NCBI GenBank assembly: GCA_043803105.1
Contig: JAZDKJ010000008.1
Location: 32,001 to 96,000, forward strand
Direction: 5' to 3'
Length of the DNA stretch: 64,000 nt
DNA from: Candidatus Woesearchaeota archaeon
GTDB taxonomy: Archaea > Nanobdellota > Nanobdellia > Woesearchaeales > JAZDKJ01
Shown piece by piece: positions 40,757 through 50,800 of the stretch. The translations under genes and the position numbers were made by a program. The notes below the pieces were generated by a model. That model was given only the letters and a program-made list of their open reading frames with translations. It was not told where the DNA came from and ran no database searches. Position 1 is the first letter of the stretch, and the number at the start of each line of letters is the position of its first letter.

Positions 40757-41152
40757 ATGCTCAGAAAATTCAAGTTATATCCAGCGCATACAGTAATTGA
40801 GACTGACACCATCGAGAAGACAGCAAAGTACATGAAAAAGCATAATGCAAGATATGTTTATGTGGTGGACAAGGCAAAAAAACCAGTTGGTGTAATTTCA
40901 CTCTATGACATAGTTTTCAGGGTTGTGGCTGAAAAGGAAAATCCTTCAAAGACCGTGGCAAAGAAAATAATGCAAAGCCCTGTAGACCATGTTGATATAG
41001 GCCATGCGCCTGAATTTGCATTGAACATCATGATGAAGAGGCATACCTATGCCTGCCTTGTAACAGAAAAAGGCAAGGTGAAGGGATTGGTCGACTACAA
41101 ATCAGTTTTCGAGCAAGTTCTCAAGAACATGAAAGAGCGTGAGGCAAAGTGA
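40757..41152 (+). CDS. CBS-domain pair protein
   Basis: VYVVD...PVGVISLYDI and KVKGLVDYKS; ATG 40757 follows GGAGGTGA. Confidence 0.88.
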   Translation: MLRKFKLYPAHTVIETDTIEKTAKYMKKHNARYVYVVDKAKKPVGVISLYDIVFRVVAEKENPSKTVAKKIMQSPVDHVDIGHAPEFALNIMMKRHTYACLVTEKGKVKGLVDYKSVFEQVLKNMKEREAK

Positions 41153-41805
41153 GTCTTGAGGATTTTGTTAAGAAAGCAGGCCGGGGCTTTGATAAGGTAA
41201 GGGAGTATATCTCAGGGCCTGAAAAACTCGATAACATGGTACAATATGGGGTTGACCACTATCTAACAGATGAGAACAGGAGACTTTTGTTTGACAACAA
41301 GAGTGAAACACAACGGCAGCAACTCATGGGCTCACTAAAGCTAAAGATGCAGGAGAAAAGACTGGAGTACCAGGACTCACTTGACAAGCTTTCGCTCAAA
41401 GTTGCTGGAAAAGGCGGGCTTGCAGTATTGGCAAGCGATGTATACCACACTCTTAGGGGAACCCCATTTGAAATATTCTGGCCATTCAAGTATGGAATAG
41501 CGTCAATAAAGGGATTGCTGGAATTGCCAGCAATGTACCAGTATGTCAAAAAATCATGGGACCTTTATAGCGCAGTGGAATGGCTGGGCTATAAGGCAGT
41601 CTCGATGTTTATACCAGTCATTGGGCCTGCTCTTGACTACAACTCAGCCCAGAGAATCATAAGGAAAGGCATAGTGAGCGAGGGAGTAAAAGAATGGCTA
41701 AAGGAGCAGAAGCTCTATGAAGAGAAGGAGCCTTTGCTTGAAAGAGTCAAAAAACACGTAAAAGACGTTGTTAACAGCCCAGAACCTGCGCTTCAGCCTG
41801 CATAA
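41149..41805 (+). CDS. Hypothetical protein
   Basis: 218-aa ORF overlapping the CBS gene stop. Confidence 0.7.
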   Translation: MSLEDFVKKAGRGFDKVREYISGPEKLDNMVQYGVDHYLTDENRRLLFDNKSETQRQQLMGSLKLKMQEKRLEYQDSLDKLSLKVAGKGGLAVLASDVYHTLRGTPFEIFWPFKYGIASIKGLLELPAMYQYVKKSWDLYSAVEWLGYKAVSMFIPVIGPALDYNSAQRIIRKGIVSEGVKEWLKEQKLYEEKEPLLERVKKHVKDVVNSPEPALQPA

Positions 41806-41835
41806 CAGCCTAACCAGCGATTTGTGAGTGTTAGT

Positions 41836-42308
41836 ATCTCAGCTATCTAGAGATATTTCAAAATCCTCAATAGTGAACTCTCACTTTTTAGATTTTTGGC
41901 ACTATTTACTAGTGCCCACAAATGTTTTTATAGCTGTTTCGAATGGTTTTGGCTGAAAAAGTACTTCAGGAACATGTTCCAGCTCGGAATTCTCACTTTT
42001 TGATTGATTGGTGTGAATGACAACAGGTTTTGCCTAGGAATGGGGCATATATAATTGGTAGGACCTATAACCAGCATGTAATACTGGAAGGACAAAGTCT
42101 GGCAAGCAGTCTAACGCTTCTCTAATAGGAAAAACCTCTGGAAAAGAGCGAAAATAGGGAAAAAGTGAGATTGTGAGTAGGGTAAATTTATCACAAGGCT
42201 GAAAACATATGCTATGGGCACTATAAAATGCATCGTTTTTCGTAAAAAGTGAGAGTTGGTCATGTAGGCTCTGTGAGCACTAGGTATCAAGATAGTTTTT
42301 GCTGAGAT
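41836..42308. repeat. Non-coding region with nested inverted repeats (candidate replication origin or structured RNA/MITE)
   Basis: ATCTCAGC 41836-43 pairs with 42301-08; AACTCTCACTTTTTA 41876-90 with 42243-57; TAGTGCCCA 41910-18 with 42215-23; TCTCACTTTTT 41991-42001 with 42160-70. Confidence 0.75.
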
Positions 42309-42461
42309 TTGTATATGCTTTTGGATGGGTGAGTAATGGGTGCTTGAGTGAGTTAGGGGGCAAGAGCTAAAAGCCATCAAAAATGAGGGGCTGCAATTGC
42401 TGGGCAGCAATTGTACAGCACAACAAAAGCTTCTTAAATATTGGAGAGCTAGCTAAGGTTA

Positions 42462-43640
42462 ATGGACAAGAGATCTCTAGTGATCGCAGGGATAGACCCT
42501 GGCACAACCACAGGCTTTTGCCTTATTGACCTGCAAGGCAGAATAATAAGCTTGCAATCAGGAAAGCAGCTTACCCTTGAACGACTGATCAGCAAGACAG
42601 TAGACAGCGGCAGGATAATCCTGGCAGGCTGCGACAAGAAAAATGTGCCTCTAATGGTCCAGAAGTTTTCTGCGCAATTCAATATCAAGGTAGAGGCTCC
42701 TGTTCATGACCTTCTACAAGATGAAAAAAAGGAGCTTGTTGGCAACACCAAGACAATGAACACGCATGAGTTTGACAGCGTAGCCTCTGCTAGCTTTGCA
42801 TTGAAGCAGGTAAGCCCTTTAGTACGGAAGATAAGGTTCTTGCTAAAAGAACAGAACAGGCAGGATTTGTTCGACAGAGTGGCTGAAATCGTGATAAGGA
42901 AAAGGATCAGCGTCAGACTTGCTTTCGACATGATAACCAAACCACAAAAAGAAGAGGTCAAGGTGGCGGTTAGCGCAACCCAGGAAGAAAGGGTGAGCAA
43001 AGAGAGGGTGCTCAAGCTGTATGAAGGTTTGCAGCAGGAAAAGTCTTTCAATGCACTCCTCAAACAGGAAAACCAACAGCTCAGAAAAGAACTAGAAAAG
43101 CAAAAAGAAATTGCCTCTTACCTAAGGGGAAAGATCGACAAGCTGTCACGAGAAGACGGGTCAGAGCAAAGGCAGATGTATAAGCAAGAGCAGCAGAACA
43201 ATCTAAAAAGCCGGCTGAGGGCACTGTACGCAGAGATTGAAGAGCTGAAGAGAGAGTTGCACAACGAGAGGTCGGTCTTGGCTGACTCAGGAGACAAGAC
43301 AATTGCCAAGAAGCTGAGAAACCTGGGCTCGCAGGAATTTGAGAAGAAATCAAGATTCATAAGACAGGGAGACGTCCTAGTCGTGGATGACCCGGGGATT
43401 GTTAGCGAAAGCGTGATAGAAAGGCTCAAGCAACTGCATGCTGTACTTATAGTGAAGAAGCACATGAGCCCAAAGGCGTTAAGAGAGATTGAGCTTCCAG
43501 TTGCCAATGCTGAGACTGTAAGAATGAAAGAGAGCAGGTACTTTGCGAGCATCGACAAGAAAGCTGTAGAGAGAATAAGCACACAAAGGGAGTTCTTGAA
43601 AAAGATAGTCAAGAGCTATCAGGCAGAAAGAAGATCATAA
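42462..43640 (+). CDS. DUF460 family protein (RNase H-like N-terminus plus coiled coil)
   Basis: IAGIDPGTTTG, HEFDSVASA and C-terminal IVKSYQAER. Confidence 0.85.
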   Translation: MDKRSLVIAGIDPGTTTGFCLIDLQGRIISLQSGKQLTLERLISKTVDSGRIILAGCDKKNVPLMVQKFSAQFNIKVEAPVHDLLQDEKKELVGNTKTMNTHEFDSVASASFALKQVSPLVRKIRFLLKEQNRQDLFDRVAEIVIRKRISVRLAFDMITKPQKEEVKVAVSATQEERVSKERVLKLYEGLQQEKSFNALLKQENQQLRKELEKQKEIASYLRGKIDKLSREDGSEQRQMYKQEQQNNLKSRLRALYAEIEELKRELHNERSVLADSGDKTIAKKLRNLGSQEFEKKSRFIRQGDVLVVDDPGIVSESVIERLKQLHAVLIVKKHMSPKALREIELPVANAETVRMKESRYFASIDKKAVERISTQREFLKKIVKSYQAERRS

Positions 43641-44039
43641 CCCAGAGTATGGAATCCATCTCTTGGTCATATCTTCAAGATTCTGAACAAAAACCTTACT
43701 GCCAACAGAGAGCACACGAAACTGCCTGCCGCGAATGACTACAAGGTCACCCTTCTTTATGTTGTAACATCGGAACAACACAGTGACGCGATAGACATCC
43801 TTTCCAGTCTGCCTGTTCCTCGTAAAGATGGTCCGACTGGTCTTGAGCTCACCTGCAAAACTTTTTTGAAGGGTTTTCCCAAGAGCCCGCAAGGAACGCT
43901 GCGAGACAAAATAGTAATCAAGGCCATTCTTTGCCTTCTTGACCTGGGAAATATCCTCGCCAGAAGACTCAACATAATCTATGACAACCTCGGTAGGATT
44001 CCTCAGCTGTAGTATCCCTTCAAAATAATCAGAGTGCAT
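43635..44039 (-). CDS. NMD3-related protein (short form lacking the N-terminal Zn ribbons)
   Basis: YFEGILQLR, KNGLDYY and TGKDVYRVTVLFR. Confidence 0.8.
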   Translation of the reverse strand: MHSDYFEGILQLRNPTEVVIDYVESSGEDISQVKKAKNGLDYYFVSQRSLRALGKTLQKSFAGELKTSRTIFTRNRQTGKDVYRVTVLFRCYNIKKGDLVVIRGRQFRVLSVGSKVFVQNLEDMTKRWIPYSGL

Positions 44040-44093
44040 GGACGATAAAAAAAACAGTAAGGTTTATAAGAGTTGCTAAGCGTCTGCAAGCGA

Positions 44094-44675
44094 ATGGACT
44101 GGAAGAACACTCTCAAAAAGGCTTGGTATTTCATATGGGAGGATGACTCAATATTAAGCTGGCTTGTGAATATAGTGCTTGCGTTTGTGCTGATAAAATT
44201 CCTTGTTTATCCAGGACTGGGGTTATTGCTTGGAACAACGCATCCAGTTGTTGCTGTTGTCTCAGGAAGCATGGAGCACGACGGCAGTTTCTCAAATTGG
44301 TGGGAAAGCCAGAAAGGCTTCTATGATGCTTACAACATAACCGATGCAGAATTCAAGGATTACAGGTTCAACAACGGATTCAATAAAGGGGATATCATGA
44401 TCCTCAAGGGAGTGGCTCCGGAAGACATCAGGGTGGGTGATGTCCTGGTATACAGAACAGCAAGGCCTGACCCTATAATCCATAGGACAATCAAGATATA
44501 CGCTGATAACGGCAAACTGTACTTCCAGGCAAAGGGAGACCACAACTATGCTTCAAACCAAGACGAAACACGTATCAGCGAGGGCCAGATCGTAGGAAGG
44601 GCATTCATAAGAGTCCCATTATTGGGCTGGATAAAGATAGGATTTGTTGAGCTACTAAAACTGGTGATACCATGA
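44094..44675 (+). CDS. Signal peptidase I (SEC11/S26B type)
   Basis: VVSGSME, KGDI, IIHR and KGDHN. Confidence 0.93.
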   Translation: MDWKNTLKKAWYFIWEDDSILSWLVNIVLAFVLIKFLVYPGLGLLLGTTHPVVAVVSGSMEHDGSFSNWWESQKGFYDAYNITDAEFKDYRFNNGFNKGDIMILKGVAPEDIRVGDVLVYRTARPDPIIHRTIKIYADNGKLYFQAKGDHNYASNQDETRISEGQIVGRAFIRVPLLGWIKIGFVELLKLVIP

Positions 44676-44992
44676 TGTTCTGACCAAAGTGCGGATCGAT
44701 TCTAACGATAAGGGAAGTGAAGGGAAAAAAAGTGCTTGCGTGCAGCTGCGGTTATGTGGCAAAGGATAAGCAGGCAGGAACAATAAAGGAACAGATCAAT
44801 TTATCTTCAAAGAAAATTGATATAGTTCGCGACGAGGAGAAGTCCATACTTCCGAGGACATCTGCAACATGCCCAAAGTGCGGCCATGAAACTGCGTACT
44901 ATTGGCTTGTACAGACAAGGGCTGGGGATGAACCTGAGACAAAGTTTCTCAAGTGCGAGAAGTGCGAGACAGTGTGGCGGGATTATAACTGA
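44672..44992 (+). CDS. tfs: Transcription factor S (TFS) with an in-frame TGA at the first zinc-ligand Cys (44681-44683)
   Basis: ATG ATG TTC TGA CCA AAG TGC reads MMF*PKCGS...CSCGY...CPKCG...QTRAGDEPET...CEKC; GGTGA SD and ATGA overlap with the upstream gene. Confidence 0.85.
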
Positions 44993-45011
44993 TTATCCTG
45001 CTTTAGAGAAC

Positions 45012-45263
45012 ATGGATATTTCTGAAAGGCTTGTGGCAGATTTGAAATCTGGCAAAGTCAAGGTAGTAATCAGGCCGAAAGCGGTCAATACCAGCATTGT
45101 AAGTTATAATGGCGAGAGCTACAAAATGGATGTCAAAGCAGCACCAGTAAAAGGAGAGGCAAATATTGAATTAGTCAAGTTCGTATCCAGGTTAGTAAAG
45201 CAAAGAGTTGAGATTGTGAGCGGACTAACAAGCAGGACGAAAATCCTGCGGTTTAGCCGTTAA
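45012..45263 (+). CDS. DUF167/UPF0235 (YggU-like) protein
   Basis: VKAAPVKGEANIELVKF...IVSGLTSRTK. Confidence 0.88.
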   Translation: MDISERLVADLKSGKVKVVIRPKAVNTSIVSYNGESYKMDVKAAPVKGEANIELVKFVSRLVKQRVEIVSGLTSRTKILRFSR

Positions 45264-45302
45264 GAAGCAAAAGTTTTCTGCAAAAGGTTTATTTTTGGCT
45301 GA

Positions 45303-45551
45303 ATGTTGAACAAATTGATGTCACAGGTTGTATTAATAACCATAAAACAGGGGCTACTGAAATCAAGAGAATGCCATTTCAGGGAGGCAATTGGAATGTT
45401 CAACAGCCCTACCTTGGAAGGAGAAATAATGGACTCGGGCTACATACTTGTGGATTTTGACTCAAAAACAATTGTCAACAAGCAATCAGCATTCTCAAGG
45501 ACAGACTTGAAAGGCAAGGTTTTGGAGTTTGACTGGATTGAGCTTATCTGA
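45303..45551 (+). CDS. Small hypothetical protein
   Basis: ORF fills the intergenic space; no recognised motif. Confidence 0.5.
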   Translation: MLNKLMSQVVLITIKQGLLKSRECHFREAIGMFNSPTLEGEIMDSGYILVDFDSKTIVNKQSAFSRTDLKGKVLEFDWIELI

Positions 45552-46044
45552 TCTTGATATCACTTGCTATCTGGTAGAAGGTGCCATAGGAATTGCATAC
45601 ATTGGAAGGGCAGGCGTAAGTCAGGGTGTAAATCCTGTTTTGCTGCTTTGCAAAGATTTGAGTAAATGTCATACTGTTTTGACCGACTGTGCCGTTGAAC
45701 TGCACCTGCAAACCGTCAAGCTGGCCTAGCTTTGCCTTCCTGGCCTTTGTTATAATATTGAGGTCCTTGAATTTTTGTTTTGCGTTTGTCAGGCCTAGGT
45801 CAATAAGCTTCTCGAGGCTTTGGGACATATTAAGAGGCACTACGCTTATGAAAAAACTGATGCGCTCTCCAGAATCCTTTGCGGTTGGAGTGTAGCTGTA
45901 AATCCCTGAATCCTCTTTCTCAGTCCAGGTCAAGGGTTTTGCTATGGAGAAATTTCCGTGGTCAATAAGCTCTGTCTTGGTTGCGAGATTGGTGCAGCCA
46001 GCAAGTAAAAGCAATAGAATTGTGAAAACCAAAGCCTTGTTCAT
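45544..46044 (-). CDS. Lipoprotein, PsbP/DcrB-like fold
   Basis: LLAGC lipobox; FSIAKPLTW...IYTLTY pattern. Confidence 0.7.
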   Translation of the reverse strand: MNKALVFTILLLLLAGCTNLATKTELIDHGNFSIAKPLTWTEKEDSGIYSYTPTAKDSGERISFFISVVPLNMSQSLEKLIDLGLTNAKQKFKDLNIITKARKAKLGQLDGLQVQFNGTVGQNSMTFTQIFAKQQNRIYTLTYACPSNVCNSYGTFYQIASDIKIR

Positions 46045-46128
46045 GACAGGAGGGTTATCCATAGGGCTTAAAAAGCTAATGGCAAGTGAGAGTAAAGCTT
46101 TAAAAAAACAAAGGATTTTGCATTTATC

Positions 46129-46953
46129 ATGGATGAATCAAAATTCGTTGTTTCAGAATATGGTTCTGAGGTAAAATACCTTTGGCAAGGCTTTCTCCCA
46201 TTGGAATCAGTAGTTGTGATAAAGAGCGGAAAAAGGTTTGAGCCTGACAAAGCTGCAAAAGACAAGATTGCAGCATATATACTGGAGAGCCTGAAAGAAG
46301 ACCCTAAATGGTTTGACGGTGCAAAACTCAGGTTTGACAACTTCTATGAGCAGGGCACAACACTTTTCATAAATGCAGGCTGGACAAAGTTCTCAGAAAA
46401 CAAGGTGATGTCAAAGATACCCAGGCACACAATGGAGTGGTATCCGAACGAGTTGTCTGTTGATACGCTTCAGGAGACTGTTGACGGATATTTTCCACTT
46501 GGCAAAAGGGGAAAGAGCAATATCTTCCCAGGGTTCATTGATTCTTATGGCTGCGGCACTTACGGCACCAAGGTAAATACTGCGGAAACTGTAGAAGATG
46601 AATGCAAGGAAGAGACAAAATACTTGTTCACGAGAGAGCCATTTGACATAACAAATGCAAGGGCAATGGCACTGATATGGGGAATGAGCCACAATACTAC
46701 GCTCGGGATTTACCTTCCGATTAAAGTCAAGGAGGCACACCTTGCACCCGGGAATGATGAACACAACGAGATAGTGCTCCTTCCGAACAGCAGGGAAAAT
46801 ATTGAACAACTTCTGAATACAGGCAAGATAGGAGAGGCAATCGTGTTCGACCATACGATAGGTCTTATAGAGCAGTACATAAAAAACAGGACTGATGGCA
46901 ATATCAAGCCTGTTAGGGTGCATAGCGGACTTCAGCGAATCATTGAAAGGTAA
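46129..46953 (+). CDS. Degenerate NUDIX-fold protein
   Basis: LQETVDGYFPLGKR...PG...ECKEET resembles a relaxed Nudix box. Confidence 0.55.
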   Translation: MDESKFVVSEYGSEVKYLWQGFLPLESVVVIKSGKRFEPDKAAKDKIAAYILESLKEDPKWFDGAKLRFDNFYEQGTTLFINAGWTKFSENKVMSKIPRHTMEWYPNELSVDTLQETVDGYFPLGKRGKSNIFPGFIDSYGCGTYGTKVNTAETVEDECKEETKYLFTREPFDITNARAMALIWGMSHNTTLGIYLPIKVKEAHLAPGNDEHNEIVLLPNSRENIEQLLNTGKIGEAIVFDHTIGLIEQYIKNRTDGNIKPVRVHSGLQRIIER

Positions 46954-46992
46954 CCAAAACCTTTAAAAACAGACTTCTAATCCACTGAGAAC

Positions 46993-47520
46993 ATGGCAAA
47001 ACTCAGAAAGGCGTGCGCCTACAGAAGGATAGAGCGGCCGCACACAAGGATAAGCAAGTTCAGGAAAAAGTCTTTTGTAAGGGCAAGGCCTGCGTCAAAA
47101 GTGGTCAGGTATGACATGGGGGATCCTGTCAAGAGCTTCAAGTACACACTAAACCTAGTCTCAAAACAATCATTCCAGTTAAGGCATAATGCGATAGAAT
47201 CAGGAAGGCAGAGCGCAAACAAGTTGCTGGAGAAGAACCTTGGAAAGTCAGGATATTACCTTAAGATCAGAGTGTATCCGCACCACATACTAAGAGAGAA
47301 TCCCCTGGCATCAGGAGCAGGAGCTGACAGGATGAGCACAGGAATGGCGCGAGCGTTTGGTAAGCCCATAGGAATAGCTGCCCAAATAAAGAGGGGACAA
47401 CCGGTTGTGCTAATCAGGGTGGACGAGCAGAACATACGGGTAGCGAGGGATGCGCTCAAGAAGTTCTCATACAAGTTCCCGGGAAGCTACAGTATACAGA
47501 TGGTACAATCAGAAGCCTGA
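46993..47520 (+). CDS. rpl10e: 50S ribosomal protein L10e (uL16)
   Basis: IRVYPHHILREN...GAGADRMSTGM..AFGKPIG. Confidence 0.97.
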   Translation: MAKLRKACAYRRIERPHTRISKFRKKSFVRARPASKVVRYDMGDPVKSFKYTLNLVSKQSFQLRHNAIESGRQSANKLLEKNLGKSGYYLKIRVYPHHILRENPLASGAGADRMSTGMARAFGKPIGIAAQIKRGQPVVLIRVDEQNIRVARDALKKFSYKFPGSYSIQMVQSEA

Positions 47521-48045
47521 AAGCAGGTCAGATTTTGTAATCACACCCTTTATCTTTCCTTTTTCTGCGACAAGCACCAAGGGATAATGCCTGAGCAGCT
47601 GCGAGACAACAAGCACGCTGACAGTCTGTGACACAACAGGAGGGGGCTCTTGCATGATATCTGATACGTTCTTGCCTTTGCCATCCATGAGTGAATCAAG
47701 GATGTTTGCCTCAGAGACAAGGCCGACAACCTGCTCATTGTCTACCACAGGCAATTGGCTGACCTCATGCCTCTTCATCATCTCAACTGCGCGGGAGATC
47801 CTTGCGTCAGGGGGAACTGACAAGAGCTTCCTCTGCATGATCCTGCGAATGTCCAGGTCAAGACCTTCCCGTGCTTTCTCAAGTGCATTGAAGATGCGAA
47901 CTGCATTGGTGTAGGTAGGGTCGACCCTGCCTGACTCGATCTTTGCAATCAGGCTCTGAGAAACTCCAGAACGGTTTGCAAGCTCCTGCTGGGTAAGGTT
48001 CAAACGCCTTCGCAGAAACTTTATCTCCTTTAAATCAGGTATCAC
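47509..48045 (-). CDS. XRE-HTH plus CBS-domain transcriptional regulator
   Basis: LTQQELANRSGVSQSLIAKIESG followed by a CBS pair. Confidence 0.92.
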   Translation of the reverse strand: MIPDLKEIKFLRRRLNLTQQELANRSGVSQSLIAKIESGRVDPTYTNAVRIFNALEKAREGLDLDIRRIMQRKLLSVPPDARISRAVEMMKRHEVSQLPVVDNEQVVGLVSEANILDSLMDGKGKNVSDIMQEPPPVVSQTVSVLVVSQLLRHYPLVLVAEKGKIKGVITKSDLLSGF

Positions 48046-48187
48046 AAGGCTACAAAAGAAGCAGCATATTTAAGTTTTTGCGCTACTATGGGCTGTTAAT
48101 TTAACGAGTGGTTGCTCTAAAGGTAGTTCACAACCAGTATTTTCGGAAAATCTTAAATAATAAACGTTCCTAACAGCCTCTTTAAGG

Positions 48188-48634
48188 GTGGTTCAAACGG
48201 CAGATTTTGAAAAATGGATGAAGTACAGTTTCTTAACCTCTATCTGTTTAGGGATTATCTCATTTATACTATTTGCCATGAATAGTAAAATGTTATATTT
48301 TGGTTTCATTTTGATGATAGTAATTTACTATATAGGGTATTTTGTGATATTGCTCGACATCATAAAAAAGGGTGCAAGGGGTTGGTGGATATTCCTCTGG
48401 TTAATAGGTCTATACCCCCTTATTGGTGTCCCTTATACGATAATTTATTATTTGGTCGGAAAAGATAGCGTTTCAGAAAAGACTTTCGCTGAAAAGGCAA
48501 AGATTAATGTTAATATTAACACCAAGAATTTTGACTTGTATTCACCAATAAAAGCTTCAAAGCATTGTTCGCATTGTGGCAAACCTATCAAACCAAATGT
48601 TAAGTTTTGCGAACATTGTGGGGTGAAACAGTAG
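48188..48634 (+). CDS. Passenger: membrane protein with C-terminal zinc ribbon
   Basis: 3-4 TM helices; CSHCG...FCEHCG. Confidence 0.75.
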   Translation: MVQTADFEKWMKYSFLTSICLGIISFILFAMNSKMLYFGFILMIVIYYIGYFVILLDIIKKGARGWWIFLWLIGLYPLIGVPYTIIYYLVGKDSVSEKTFAEKAKINVNINTKNFDLYSPIKASKHCSHCGKPIKPNVKFCEHCGVKQ

Positions 48635-48642
48635 AGGTATAA

Positions 48643-48915
48643 ATGGAATATAATAAAGAAGATATTATGTGGATTTTAGCTTGGTTAAGCTTTTTTGGTA
48701 TTACCTTTAAGATAATTTTTCAGGTTGTAATAGGGCCACTTATTAATTGGATTGTTGAGGATTTTTTCCCTACAATTACGCTAATGTTAAACTCAGTTAC
48801 CAATTACCTAGATACAACGTTCTTTAACGGCTTTAGTTTGATATGTATATGTTATCTAATCTGGTACTTATTCGGTAAGAAACCCAATAAAACCAAGGAT
48901 AACATATATAACTAA
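48643..48915 (+). CDS. Passenger: small 2-TM protein
   Basis: GAGG SD; two hydrophobic segments. Confidence 0.65.
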   Translation: MEYNKEDIMWILAWLSFFGITFKIIFQVVIGPLINWIVEDFFPTITLMLNSVTNYLDTTFFNGFSLICICYLIWYLFGKKPNKTKDNIYN

Positions 48916-49066
48916 GGTTAAAATAAAAGCTATTATCATCATTTTGTATTCCTTTTTCATATTAATCACCTTTTCCTATTTGATTTATTTTCCATAGTGT
49001 AAATAATTAGTTGGGATAAAGCTTAAATAATCGTATTCCAATATAGTCTAATCGGGGGGTGTCAGA

Positions 49067-49780
49067 ATGGCTTATTGTCCTGAATGTGGAACTAAAGTAC
49101 AAAGTCATCATAAATTTTGCCAAGATTGTGGGGCAAAAATTGATAGCAAACATAAACCCGAACATAAAGTTGAAAGCCACAAAAAACCAAGTGATAATCA
49201 TAAACAAGTAATTATTGGAATACTCACAAGTGTTATACTCGTCAGTATGATAGCTATTTTCTTTCTTTATCCTATCCCATATCAAAGAGTAGAATTTACT
49301 ACTAAAACAAGCCAATACCAGACACAAGAATCATATCAAGAAACTGTAAATTCAGATAATTGTGATAACGCACCAAGTTGCGTTTGCAGCCAGCGTGGTG
49401 GTTTTCTATGGCTTACTTGTGTGCAATGCAGTTGTACTAGGACTAGAAATGTTGTTGCTAATAAGTTAGTTCTTGACCAAGTAACAATAACAGACCAATG
49501 TTCATTATTTGATATGGCACGAGGTGTAAGAGTATCAAAAACTCACGCTCAAGATATTGTTACAAGATTTTTATCTGTACTGACAAGTATTAGAACCCCT
49601 AATTCGCCAGTTACAATTGGTGACACAAATTTGGAGAATGGGGTGTGGAAAGTCCAAATATTTGAGGGAGGTAGTACATTCGAATCCATAAATGTTAATG
49701 CTCAAAATGGGGATATTGTTTCTGTAACAGTTGGTGGAGTCACCGCCCCTATCGAAAATCTTATTGCCACATACTCATGA
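49067..49780 (+). CDS. Passenger: zinc ribbon, TM helix, Cys-rich/PepSY-like extracellular domain
   Basis: YCPECG...FCQDCG, a TM helix, a CxC cluster and WKV...INVNAQNGDIV. Confidence 0.75.
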   Translation: MAYCPECGTKVQSHHKFCQDCGAKIDSKHKPEHKVESHKKPSDNHKQVIIGILTSVILVSMIAIFFLYPIPYQRVEFTTKTSQYQTQESYQETVNSDNCDNAPSCVCSQRGGFLWLTCVQCSCTRTRNVVANKLVLDQVTITDQCSLFDMARGVRVSKTHAQDIVTRFLSVLTSIRTPNSPVTIGDTNLENGVWKVQIFEGGSTFESINVNAQNGDIVSVTVGGVTAPIENLIATYS

Positions 49781-49862
49781 AAAAACTACAACCCCCAAAT
49801 AGCGAAGATAAGAATAGAGTTGGATGGGAAAGGACGGTTCAAAAAAGAATAATGTGTTCAAT

Positions 49863-50174
49863 CTAAAAGATTAGTATCAAAATTGAGACTAACATTAATA
49901 TCAAACCTATAAAGGCGCTATAAAAAGAATTTTTCAAATTATCAGTATTTTCAAACTCGTATGACCTAGTATTAAATGCTTTATAAATAAATACATAGGT
50001 CACCAGAAATGAAGCAAACCCTATTCCGAAACAGATTAAAGATGCTGACGGAATATTATACGTAGCAGATGCCGTTTTCTGATAAATATTTATTAGAGTA
50101 AAAAATCCAATTAGAATACTCCCTCCAGTAGAATTTATTGCAAGTACCATATCATTAAACTCTTTCTTAGCCAA
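49863..50174 (-). CDS. Passenger: small 3-TM protein
   Basis: Hydrophobic; overlaps the upstream gene's stop. Confidence 0.65.
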   Translation of the reverse strand: MAKKEFNDMVLAINSTGGSILIGFFTLINIYQKTASATYNIPSASLICFGIGFASFLVTYVFIYKAFNTRSYEFENTDNLKNSFYSAFIGLILMLVSILILIF

Positions 50175-50616
50175 CTTGAAACCTCTCTTTGAAATTTAGC
50201 TGCGAAATATCAACAACTATCGAAGTGTTTGTTGTTCCAAACGCAAAGGCACGGTCTTGTAGCTGATATACATTGGTCGAACCTACAGCCTTATACATAT
50301 TTAGGTCATACATCTTCGCATGGATTAGATTATGGTCTATTGTAATTGTGAGGGGTGTATCGCCGAAGTAATTACTTGGAACATTACCATAAATAAAGAT
50401 ATATGATAACAAGGACACACTCTTTTGTGATACTTTGACTTGAGTAGTAGACCCGACTGTTACAGTAACCACTAAGATATTAGATATTGGTACTATAAGC
50501 AAAAGAACTATAATCAGAATTGCGACTCCATACTGGTTAAACAATGCTTGAAGAAACCCGCCTTTACCCCCCATTTCTTCTTCTGGGACTTTTTGACTAT
50601 TTAAATCCTTCTTCAT
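50167..50616 (-). CDS. Passenger: single-TM exported protein
   Basis: ATG (MKKDLN) after GAGGTG; TM helix followed by a beta-rich domain. Confidence 0.65.
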   Translation of the reverse strand: MKKDLNSQKVPEEEMGGKGGFLQALFNQYGVAILIIVLLLIVPISNILVVTVTVGSTTQVKVSQKSVSLLSYIFIYGNVPSNYFGDTPLTITIDHNLIHAKMYDLNMYKAVGSTNVYQLQDRAFAFGTTNTSIVVDISQLNFKERFQVG

Positions 50617-50800
50617 AAAGAACACCTCAAACAAATGTCCAGTGCTTTTTTATTGCCTTCCTAGACGCTGAGAAGCCCGAATTCTGCCTTTTCAGACGCT
50701 GCTTGTCGTCGTGGTCACTGGACATTCACGACTAAAGTATATAAAGAAAAACTCCTTAATTAAATAAAGGAAATCGACGGGAAATTACGAGTTTCCCGTC

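Noticed and set aside
41806-42460. RNase P or SRP RNA; 99-aa ORF at 42111-42410
   Set aside because: No GAGGAAAGUCC-type RNase P core or GC-rich SRP helix 8 is visible; the ORF has non-protein-like composition and no SD site.
44993-45030. SECIS element downstream of tfs
   Set aside because: Only a weak AT-rich hairpin overlapping the next gene; it does not convincingly match the archaeal SECIS pattern.
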